NCBI GenBank assembly: GCA_046861655.1
Contig: JBHIAI010000041.1
Span: 1-14,695 of the forward strand
Direction of reading: 5' to 3'
Source of the DNA: Fidelibacterota bacterium
GTDB lineage: Bacteria > Fidelibacterota > Marinisomatia > Marinisomatales > S15-B10
DNA: 14,695 nucleotides
In this document: positions 1-7,484 of the stretch, one piece after another
How the letters are laid out: each line of letters opens with the position of its first letter
Numbering within the stretch: position 1 is the stretch's first letter
The notes under the pieces: model-generated
What the model was told of the DNA's origin: nothing
Seen by the model: only the letters and a program-made list of their open reading frames with translations
Databases searched by the model: none
Made by a program: the position numbers and the translations under genes

Positions 1-2
1 CC

Positions 3-2543
3 TTTGAAAATCAGACTCGGATCAACGCCAAACTGGCTTTCCGGCCTACCGCAAATCTTAAGGTCACCGCGGGAGGAATATTCAACCGGGTTTACGAACG
101 GAATTACAGTTTGAGCTTTAAACTCTATCAGCAGAACAACTCCCCCTTATGGAGGGAAAGCGACCTGTTCTACGTGAGTCTGAATCACAGCCTTTCTCCC
201 CGGACTTTTTACAACCTGAAGTGGTCCCGGTTCGACAGGCGCTCGTGGAACGGACTGGAAGAATTCATGCGTGTGAAAAAGAAACTGTTCGGGACCGAGC
301 GCGACCTCTGGCGCATAACGGACGTCGAAAGAATACACCAGCTGGAAACGGGAGAATACATCTGGAATCCTGATGAACCCTTCTTCGATGCCAACGGGAA
401 CGGGGTATTCGATGAAGGAGAGCCCTTCTCCGACGTCGACGGGAATGGGTCCTGGACGCCTTACGTGTTTGACACGGGACGGGACGGCATCCATTCGGAG
501 ACCTTTACCGACGCCAACAGCAACGGAACCTGGGATCCAGACGAATCCTTCGTGGATTCCAACGGCGACGGCATCTGGAACGGTCCTGACGAGGGAGAGT
601 GGGACGGACTGCCTACCGCCGGGGAACCGGGGGTTGTGGACCTGTGGTGGAGCTACTATGCCGAACCGTTCATGGATAGCCCCGATGGTATCTACCGGGA
701 TGGAAGCGACGATATCCTGGTCTATGATGCCGATCAGGACGGCGTTTACGATCCGGACGACGGCGACTACTTTATCGACGTTTCCGGGGACGGCGTCTGG
801 CGTGAGGGAGAGGATTTCGTAGATCTGGACGGAGATGGAGAATACGACTACGGCATTACCCCTCCCCTGAGAGCTACCGCATTCGAGGGAGAATCCAACT
901 ACGAATTCCTGGGCAGTTTCTCAGTGTACGACTTAAACGGAAACTTCGTCAGGGAAACCACCTCCCAGGATAACTTCTTTGAAAGGTACGCGTCGAGCTC
1001 GGAAACTATCGAAGGGAGCTTCACTTCCCAGATCACGCCCAACCATCAGATTAAATTCGGCGGCGAATACAAGACCCTGACTCTGGACGACTTCAGGATC
1101 TCCGGCATGGGAGGCGGTATCTGGGGGATCACGTCCGACCCGTCCTTCGTCTCCTGGGAATACACCCCGAAGCAGGGAAGCGTTTTCCTTCAGGACAAAA
1201 TAGAGTTCAGAGACTGGGTCATCAACCTGGGACTCAGATGGGATTACCTGGACCCCCAGAGCGAATACGCCGACCCCACCAGGAAAATCGCCTATGTGGA
1301 CCCCTTCGGGAATTTCACCAGGGCCAATGCCGAGGCTGAACCTTTCCGCGATACCGGCAACGGTCGGTGGGATCAAGGGGAGTACTTTCTTGACGAAAAC
1401 GGGAACGGATCGTACGACGCCGGGGAGGTCTTCACCGACAGGGGAAACGGTGAATGGGACGAAGGGGAATTCTACGTGGATGCTAACGGGGACGGCACCT
1501 GGACGGGAGCCGTGGAGCGGTACGGCTATTTCGATGATGACGGTAATTTTGTGAACCCCCCCAGAGCCGAGCCAAAAACCCAGGTGAGTCCACGGATTGG
1601 GGTTGGTTATCCCATCACCGACAGGATTGCCTTCCACTTTTCCTACGGCCATTTCTTCCAGTACCCGGAATATGATAAGATGTTCAGGTTGGCCAACCTT
1701 GCCAATCCCACCATCTATGGGAACTCCCTGTATCCTTTTCCCTATTCCCTGGCCGATTTCTACATTCCCCCGGTGGGCAACCCTAATCTGAAGCCCGAGA
1801 CCACCGTGGCCTACGAATTCGGCATCCGGTGGCAGATCACCAACGATTTTTTGCTGAACAGCACCGTTTTCTACAAGGACATCTACGACTACATATCGGC
1901 CACGATTTTCCTGGCCGACCCCACGGATTATGCGGTGTTTGAGAACATCGATTACGGAAATTCCCGGGGCATTGAGTTTAATCTCCGGAAGCTGTTTTCA
2001 AGAAACCATGCTTTCTCAATCACGTACACCTATTCCAAGGCAGTGGCCAACGCGGCCAATGAATACACTCATTGGGATGAGGCTTACCTCGCTTCGGTAT
2101 ACGGAACCTACCCTTCGCTGAAGACCATCACCATGCCGTGGGATCAGCCTCACACTCTGAACTTTTCCTTCGATTACCGGGATCCCGTCAGGGGGTGGGG
2201 TTTGAATCTTGTGGGAAATATGGGCAGCGGGTTACCTTACACCCCGTCGGATGCTCGGGGCCGGCCCCTGTCTGAATCCAACAGCGGCCGCCAGCCCTCC
2301 ACCTCGGTGATGGATATGAAGCTTTACAAAGATTTCAGGATCCAATCCTTTCCCTTCGCCACCCGGGTGTTCATGGACGTAACCAACCTGATGGACAAAC
2401 AGAATATCTTGAACGTGTTCAACAATTCGGGAAAACCGGATGAGAGCCTGAATCCCAACAATTCCATCGAATGGGTGGACAGGCCTTACTACTTTGGCCC
2501 TCCCCGTCACGTTGAAATCGGGTTGAGTCTTCTCTTCGATTGA
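3..2543 (+). CDS. TonB-dependent outer membrane receptor (5'-partial; beta-barrel portion) with inserted Ca-binding repeat loops
   Basis: The frame of ORF 111..2543 is open back to base 3 (FENQTRINAKLAFRP...), so the TTG at 111 is not the real start. TBDR barrel motifs are present: FLQDKIEF..INLGLRWDY, SPRIGVGYPI..FHFSYGHFFQ, GNPNLKPETTVAYEFG, FYKDI, RGIE, YTYS, PWDQPH, VTNLMD, and C-terminal PRHVEIGLSLLFD. The plug domain lies outside the window. Confidence 0.92.
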   Translation, partial: FENQTRINAKLAFRPTANLKVTAGGIFNRVYERNYSLSFKLYQQNNSPLWRESDLFYVSLNHSLSPRTFYNLKWSRFDRRSWNGLEEFMRVKKKLFGTERDLWRITDVERIHQLETGEYIWNPDEPFFDANGNGVFDEGEPFSDVDGNGSWTPYVFDTGRDGIHSETFTDANSNGTWDPDESFVDSNGDGIWNGPDEGEWDGLPTAGEPGVVDLWWSYYAEPFMDSPDGIYRDGSDDILVYDADQDGVYDPDDGDYFIDVSGDGVWREGEDFVDLDGDGEYDYGITPPLRATAFEGESNYEFLGSFSVYDLNGNFVRETTSQDNFFERYASSSETIEGSFTSQITPNHQIKFGGEYKTLTLDDFRISGMGGGIWGITSDPSFVSWEYTPKQGSVFLQDKIEFRDWVINLGLRWDYLDPQSEYADPTRKIAYVDPFGNFTRANAEAEPFRDTGNGRWDQGEYFLDENGNGSYDAGEVFTDRGNGEWDEGEFYVDANGDGTWTGAVERYGYFDDDGNFVNPPRAEPKTQVSPRIGVGYPITDRIAFHFSYGHFFQYPEYDKMFRLANLANPTIYGNSLYPFPYSLADFYIPPVGNPNLKPETTVAYEFGIRWQITNDFLLNSTVFYKDIYDYISATIFLADPTDYAVFENIDYGNSRGIEFNLRKLFSRNHAFSITYTYSKAVANAANEYTHWDEAYLASVYGTYPSLKTITMPWDQPHTLNFSFDYRDPVRGWGLNLVGNMGSGLPYTPSDARGRPLSESNSGRQPSTSVMDMKLYKDFRIQSFPFATRVFMDVTNLMDKQNILNVFNNSGKPDESLNPNNSIEWVDRPYYFGPPRHVEIGLSLLFD
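375..854 (+). repeat. Protein-level repeat block 1: about 8 acidic E-x-F-x-D-x-[ND]-G-[ND]-G-x-[WFY]-D units inside the TBDR
   Basis: Units read from the translation: EPFFDANGNGVFDEG, EPFSDVDGNGSWT, ETFTDANSNGTWDPD, ESFVDSNGDGIWNG, EPFMDSPDGIYRDG, LVYDADQDGVYDPD, DYFIDVSGDGVWREG, EDFVDLDGDGEYDYG. Most match the Dx[DN]xDG Ca-binding loop motif; some are degenerate. Confidence 0.85.
1338..1508 (+). repeat. Protein-level repeat block 2: four tandem acidic units inside the TBDR
   Basis: EPFRDTGNGRWDQG / EYFLDENGNGSYDAG / EVFTDRGNGEWDEG / EFYVDANGDGTWTG, located between the barrel strands GLRWDY and SPRIG. Confidence 0.85.
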
Positions 2544-5500
2544 TGTTTTCTTCCATGACCCCCCGCCCTCCGGATGTCCCCAGGCTGGTCCCTGTGCTCA
2601 TGGTCATCCTGGCCACCGCCTTGCAGGGCCAGCAAACCCGCATGAGCAAGGCGGACTATTACAACACCTACGTGGCACCCAAAAAGGGGCGTCTCCCCAT
2701 CAAGAAAATCCTGGGATTCGAAGACAGAAAGCGGAGTGTCCTCGACGTGGGAAACCTGGTACTTAGGTTTTCCAACGCTGCCACTCTGGGGTACGACCGG
2801 TGGGGATTGAACCACGAGTTTCCCGCGGGCAGCATGGCCAAGGAACAGTGCTGCACGTACTACTGGACCCTCTCTCCCATGATCGGCGGGCTCATAAAGG
2901 GTCAGCCTTCGGTAGCCGTGGGGGTCCGGGGAGCCCTAAGGGACAGCGAGGAAGAATTCGAGCCCCTCCCTGGCTATGATGCTGATTTCGTGGACGAAAC
3001 GAACAATATCGGCATTGCCTTTAACGACAAGCCGGCCTCCTGGCCCGTCCAGTGGCCCATCGAAATCGATCCCACCGGCACGTATACCGACGCGGTGACG
3101 AACCGGACCTTTGCAGGCCTGGAACGGCCCCTGGACATGGACCATCCAGACGGGAGCGGCCTTCGTTTTCCCGGGGTGCTGGACGGAAAAGTGGTGGCTC
3201 CCAGGGAAGCCTACTTTGTGGTCACCGAAAACGATCCGCTGCAAGGCAATACCCTGGAAAGTAACGGCATCGGACCCCTGAACGTCCGTGTGGATATGTG
3301 GGCCCTCCAGTACGGTGATATCCTCAATCAGGATTTCATCGTCTGGTGGGAACGATTCACGAATGTTGGGTCGGATACCCTCTATGAGGTGTACGTGGGC
3401 CTGGCTGGAGATCCGGATACCCCCGAACAGGGCGGCCAGGAATGGACCGACGATTATTCCCTGTTCATAGAAAGGGGAGATCCCCTTATCGCAGACAAGC
3501 TTGCCGACACGACCGATGCGCGGCTGCTGTGGGATCTCGCAGTGATCTGGGATGGGGACGACCAGGCGGAAGGGTTCATATCTTCGGGTGTGGCCTGGAT
3601 CGGTCTTAAAGCCCTCAAGACACCTAACACCCAGACGGCCGATGGACTCGACAACGATTGGGACGGTTTGACGGACGAGGGGTTCGACGGCCTGGACAAC
3701 GACGGAGATGGTGACGTTGACGAAGAGGACGAACAGGAACAGATGGGCATAACCAACTACTATCCCTATCCCTACAGTCTGGATGCCCAGAGCGATAACG
3801 AGGCCTATTTCACGCAGATCAGGAGTGGCTTCGGCCACGACAGTCCCAACACCGGCTATCAGGAAGATCCCCATACCAACGACATTCAGCAAAAACCTTA
3901 CGCGTACGGTCCGGATATCACTGTGGTCATGACCTCAGGGCCTTTCACCTTAAGACCTGGGGAGAGTCTGGACTTTGTTTTCGCCGACATTCTGGGGGTG
4001 AACGAGTTGGATCTCTTGACCAATGCCAAGACAGCCCAACGTCTCTATGAAAACGATTTCAAAGGTCCACAGCCTCCCGATGAACCCATCGTTCATGGAG
4101 TAGCGGGTGACGGGGAAATTACCCTCTACTGGGATGCTTACCCCAGCGAATACAGCATTGACCCCTTTACAGGAACGAACGCTTTCGAGGGCTACAAAGT
4201 GTACAAATCCTCTGACCGGGGAGCCACCTGGGGCGAGCCCATCACCGATGCCAAGGGGAACACCGTCTTCTTCAAACCTCAGGCCATCTATGATATTGAA
4301 AACGAGTGGTCCACTCCCTACGCTTATGGCAGTCCTGCCGTGTATTACGACCTGGGAAGCAACTCGGGACTGAAATACACCTACACAGACGAGAACGTGA
4401 TCAATGGTGTGGAATACTGGTATGCTGTGGCCGCCTACGACCACCCGGACTCCACGGCGGCCGGCTTGGTCCCTCCGCTGGAAAACCCGCCGAAAAAGGC
4501 CCGGAGTGAAGCCCTGGCATCCGGGAACAACACCGTGGTTCTGATTCCCCAGGCCCGGTCTGCGGGATGGAAAGAGGGTCTCATCGATTTAACTCATCTT
4601 CAGGGCAATTCCACGGCCGACCTTGGATTTGAGGTGTACGACTCTGAACAGTTCAAAGGGTACCGCTACCTGGTCAGTATCTCAGACGATCTGGACGACA
4701 CGGACGATACCACGAAAACCTTTTCCGTCTTGAACGACAGGACATTCTCCATCGAATCTGAAATCTCATCTCTGGGAACGAGTCTTCCTCACCGGAACAT
4801 CCTCGAAGAATCGGTGGTGGTGTCAGGACCCGGGGGGGAAGAGTTTCTGGCTGACGTCGATTTTGCTGTGGATCCTGAGGAAGGAACCATATACGCCCTG
4901 GAAGACACGGCAGGCATAACTCCGGCTACCCTTGAAAGAGGAACCTCTTATACTGTGTCCTACAAGTATTATCCCATCTTTCGAAGCCCTTTCTTAGCAG
5001 GCGAGGCCTCTAACCCTTCGTTTGAAGGCGTCCGGATGAACGTGGAGGATGTCTCCGAAGTTGTCCAGGACCCTGAGGCGACCCTGTGGTATAATCCCGA
5101 TGATCCCGATTCGGCCGCCACCACCAACTGGTCCCTTGTGGCCACCCCCGAGACTTCCCCGGGGAATCCCGACGACTACGAGATTCGCTTTTCCACCGAC
5201 AGTACAGACGTTCTGGCACCACCTGGACTGAAAATACCCATCGAACTGTGGAATGTGACAGACTCGGTCCGGTTCGACAAGATCATCGTGGCTCCAACCC
5301 CCATCGGTGGAGTAATCAAGAGTGGAACGGCGCTTCAGATCATCGAAGTGCCCAATTTTCAGGAAACCCCGGCCATTACCTGGAAATTTCTGTTGTCAAG
5401 ACCAGATCCGGCTCTGGCCATAGACAGTACGTACCTGATTGTTCCTGGGTTCGATACGTTAGCCGTGGTGGATTCCCTTGAACCCACCCTTACCGATCTG

Positions 5501-6121
5501 GTCTCGGAACTTGTGGACACCCTTCAACCTGTCTGTGCAGCTCCGGAGGTGGAAACAGTTTTCATGTACGATAGTGTGTCGGTCGCCCAGTTCAATCTGG
5601 AAACTTTGACATTCGACACCCTCCCTGGGCTCAAAGTCACCGCGACCGTCCAGGCGGTCTGCGACACCTCCATCGACCCCGTCATCGGCGACGCAGTATT
5701 CATGGGGTCGTCCAAACCTCTGACCGTGGACGACCTTTACCTCATCCAGACATCGGAAAGCTCAAGCATCCTATCCACCGGGGATCAACTCAAGGAAGTC
5801 AAAGTGGTCCCTAACCCCTATGTGGTCACCTCCGCCTACGAAACCAATATTGAAACCAAGGAACTCCAGTTTCACCACCTTCCGGAAACCTGCACCATTC
5901 GCGTATTCACCCTGGCGGGCGAACTGGTTCAGGTATTGAAGCACCAGCCGGGAAGCAAGGGGTGGCGGGGGTCCAGTACCGAAGCCTGGGATTTGAGAAC
6001 GTATAACAATCAGGAAGTGGCCTTCGGCATCTATATATTCCACGTGGAAGCGGAAGGCAAGAACAGCAGGGGAGAAGAAAAAACCTTCAGTGAAATAGGC
6101 AAATTTGCCATCATCCGGTGA
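2543..6121 (+). CDS. Large exported protein of unknown function with FN3-like domain and T9SS-like (FlgD Ig-type) C-terminal sorting domain
   Basis: ~1190-aa ORF. ATG 2543 overlaps the TBDR stop (TGATG); ATG 2555 is an alternative start. Signal peptide ...LVPVLMVILATALQG/QQ. FN3-like segment PQPPDEP..GDGEITLYWD..FEGYKVYKS..YTYTD..NGVEYWYAVAAYD (~4067-4441). C-terminus VKVVPNPY..LQFHHLP..CTIRVFTLAGELV..WDLRT..VAFGIYIFHVE..GKFAIIR (~5801-6121). Confidence 0.85.
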   Translation: MFSSMTPRPPDVPRLVPVLMVILATALQGQQTRMSKADYYNTYVAPKKGRLPIKKILGFEDRKRSVLDVGNLVLRFSNAATLGYDRWGLNHEFPAGSMAKEQCCTYYWTLSPMIGGLIKGQPSVAVGVRGALRDSEEEFEPLPGYDADFVDETNNIGIAFNDKPASWPVQWPIEIDPTGTYTDAVTNRTFAGLERPLDMDHPDGSGLRFPGVLDGKVVAPREAYFVVTENDPLQGNTLESNGIGPLNVRVDMWALQYGDILNQDFIVWWERFTNVGSDTLYEVYVGLAGDPDTPEQGGQEWTDDYSLFIERGDPLIADKLADTTDARLLWDLAVIWDGDDQAEGFISSGVAWIGLKALKTPNTQTADGLDNDWDGLTDEGFDGLDNDGDGDVDEEDEQEQMGITNYYPYPYSLDAQSDNEAYFTQIRSGFGHDSPNTGYQEDPHTNDIQQKPYAYGPDITVVMTSGPFTLRPGESLDFVFADILGVNELDLLTNAKTAQRLYENDFKGPQPPDEPIVHGVAGDGEITLYWDAYPSEYSIDPFTGTNAFEGYKVYKSSDRGATWGEPITDAKGNTVFFKPQAIYDIENEWSTPYAYGSPAVYYDLGSNSGLKYTYTDENVINGVEYWYAVAAYDHPDSTAAGLVPPLENPPKKARSEALASGNNTVVLIPQARSAGWKEGLIDLTHLQGNSTADLGFEVYDSEQFKGYRYLVSISDDLDDTDDTTKTFSVLNDRTFSIESEISSLGTSLPHRNILEESVVVSGPGGEEFLADVDFAVDPEEGTIYALEDTAGITPATLERGTSYTVSYKYYPIFRSPFLAGEASNPSFEGVRMNVEDVSEVVQDPEATLWYNPDDPDSAATTNWSLVATPETSPGNPDDYEIRFSTDSTDVLAPPGLKIPIELWNVTDSVRFDKIIVAPTPIGGVIKSGTALQIIEVPNFQETPAITWKFLLSRPDPALAIDSTYLIVPGFDTLAVVDSLEPTLTDLVSELVDTLQPVCAAPEVETVFMYDSVSVAQFNLETLTFDTLPGLKVTATVQAVCDTSIDPVIGDAVFMGSSKPLTVDDLYLIQTSESSSILSTGDQLKEVKVVPNPYVVTSAYETNIETKELQFHHLPETCTIRVFTLAGELVQVLKHQPGSKGWRGSSTEAWDLRTYNNQEVAFGIYIFHVEAEGKNSRGEEKTFSEIGKFAIIR
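3641..3730 (+). repeat. Tandem acidic DGxDNDxDGxxDE motif (2 copies), putative Ca/metal-binding loop
   Basis: The translation reads DGLDNDWDGLTDEGF-DGLDNDGDGDVDEED, a 15-aa period. Confidence 0.75.
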
Positions 6122-7218
6122 TGAGATCGGTCAAGAAAATCCTGGTACTGTCAGCATTTGGCGGGATTCTATTGGGCGCCAATGACAACGTTGCCACCTC
6201 CGTGGCCCATTTTCTGAAGATTGGCGTGGGCGCCCGGGCGGAAGCCATGGGCGGTGCCTTCACCGCCCAGGCCAACGATGCCAGCGCCCTGTACTGGAAC
6301 CCGGCGGGCCTCGTCGCCCTGTCCGGTCCACAGGTCATGTTTCACCAGACCGACTGGATCGCCGATATCCGCCACGTGTTCCTGGGCGTGGTGTGGCCGG
6401 TCAGCCCCAGGTTTGGTTCTCTGGGACTGAGTGTTGTTTCCCTGAGTATGGATGACCTGGAGGAAACCACCGAGAGCCAGCCCGACGGAACCGGACGGAA
6501 ATTCCCTGCGGGGGATTTCCAGTTCGGGATGGCCTACGCCAGGCAGATCTCGGACAGGTTCGGAGTGGGGATCCACGGGAAATTCGTCCAGGAAACCATT
6601 TCCTTCTCCCAGGCCAGATCCTTTGCCATCGACGTGGGAACCCGGTATGTCACGGATTTCATGGGATTTACCCTGGGTATGGCCATAACCAATTTCGGTT
6701 CAGAAATGACCATGCGGGGTACCGACCTGATCTACAGGAGGACCGATGTCTACGAGGACGTGGAATCGAATCCCACCATCAATTCCCTCCTGGGAACGAA
6801 GTCGTGGCCCCTGCCCACGGCTCTCCGTATCGGCATTGCCTGGGAGCCGGTAGGACAAGCAGGGGCATTCCAGAACCGGAATGTCTCCCTGATCATGTCC
6901 GCCGACTACTTCGATCCGCGGGACTTCCGCCCCTATTACAATGTGGGACTGGAAGCCGCCATCATGAATACGGTGTTCTTGCGGGCAGGGGTGATAAACC
7001 GGTTCGCCGCCGATCTAAACTACGATGCCTCCCAGGGGGCCGTGGTCCTTGATGAACCGGCGGGATTCCTGAACGACTACGAACAGCTTTTGACCTTTGG
7101 GATCGGACTGGAGTTCGTCATTCCCTTTACCAGCACGCGAGTGGCCGCCGACTATGCCTATTCAGACCTTACCTTCTTCCCGTCCGTGGACCGGTTCACC
7201 GTCTCCCTAAAATTCTAA
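6121..7218 (+). CDS. PorV/PorQ-family (UPF0164-like, FadL-type) outer membrane beta-barrel
   Basis: Hallmark N-terminal motif FLKIGVGARAEAMGGAFTAQANDASALYWNPAGL, plus signal peptide, A-I-D-V-G and N-F-G strands, LPTALRIG, ADYAYSD and a terminal Phe (SLKF). ATG 6121 overlaps the upstream stop (TGATG). Probably a paralog rather than the housekeeping porV, so no gene symbol is given. Confidence 0.9.
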   Translation: MRSVKKILVLSAFGGILLGANDNVATSVAHFLKIGVGARAEAMGGAFTAQANDASALYWNPAGLVALSGPQVMFHQTDWIADIRHVFLGVVWPVSPRFGSLGLSVVSLSMDDLEETTESQPDGTGRKFPAGDFQFGMAYARQISDRFGVGIHGKFVQETISFSQARSFAIDVGTRYVTDFMGFTLGMAITNFGSEMTMRGTDLIYRRTDVYEDVESNPTINSLLGTKSWPLPTALRIGIAWEPVGQAGAFQNRNVSLIMSADYFDPRDFRPYYNVGLEAAIMNTVFLRAGVINRFAADLNYDASQGAVVLDEPAGFLNDYEQLLTFGIGLEFVIPFTSTRVAADYAYSDLTFFPSVDRFTVSLKF

Positions 7219-7231
7219 TCCTGCCGGGAAC

Positions 7232-7270
7232 CCTCGTCCCATCACCCTGAGCCTCGTCCTGTCACCCTGA
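7232..7270. repeat. Imperfect tandem direct repeat, 20-bp period, 2 copies
   Basis: cctcgtcccatcaccctga (7232-7250) versus cctcgtcctgtcaccctga (7252-7270), 17/19 identical. It lies at the convergence point and contains the stop codon of the small ORF. Confidence 0.8.
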
Positions 7271-7450
7271 ATCTTCTTCCTCTGATTTCTCATGTGTTTC
7301 CTTTTCGATTTCTTCTTCGGCTTTCCGTTTTGACCGGGACCGGTCGTACCCCTTCTTCGATTCCTCCACATGCCCAGGTGGGATGGGGTGGGTGGACTGA
7401 CGGAGACTTTTTCGAAACTTCGTCTTCTTGGAGTCTTTCTTTCGGGTCAT
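7262..7450 (-). CDS. Small (62 aa) hydrophilic protein, basic N-terminus and acidic tail; possible ArfA-like ribosome-binding factor
   Basis: Fills the gap between the PorV-like gene and the 813-aa gene without overlapping either. ATG start, strongly purine-rich coding strand, K/R-rich sequence with motif PIPPGHVEESKKGYDRSRSK. The functional call is by-eye resemblance only. Confidence 0.65.
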   Translation of the reverse strand: MTRKKDSKKTKFRKSLRQSTHPIPPGHVEESKKGYDRSRSKRKAEEEIEKETHEKSEEEDSG

Positions 7451-7456
7451 CCTGTT

Positions 7457-7484
7457 GAGAAAATACGAAGGAATTCTGTTCGTA
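7457..7484 (-). promoter_or_regulatory. Inverted repeat TACGAA-N9-TTCGTA followed by a T-tract: weak terminator or operator overlapping a possible -10 element
   Basis: The minus strand reads TACGAAcagaattccTTCGTAttttctcaacaggATG. The 6-bp arms are at 7464-7469 and 7479-7484. TATTTT ends 9 nt before the small ORF ATG and there is no well-spaced SD. Confidence 0.35.

Noticed and set aside
111..113. TTG start of the TBDR given by the ORF track
   Set aside because: The frame is open to the window edge and no signal peptide or plug domain is present, so the true start lies upstream of the window.
375..1508. Periodic sequence as a CRISPR array or DNA-level element
   Set aside because: The repeats are conserved at the amino-acid level with synonymous divergence, in frame, and lack identical DNA repeats with unique spacers.
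2541..6123. TGA codons at 2541 and 6119 as selenocysteine or read-through sites
   Set aside because: Both follow natural C-terminal motifs and form TGATG coupling with the next gene's start.
7326..7350. Hairpin GACCG-N4-CGGTC inside the small ORF as an internal terminator generating non-stop mRNA
   Set aside because: The stem is only 5-6 bp and is followed by an A-run, not a U-run, on the coding strand, so it gives no support for BrfA-style regulation.
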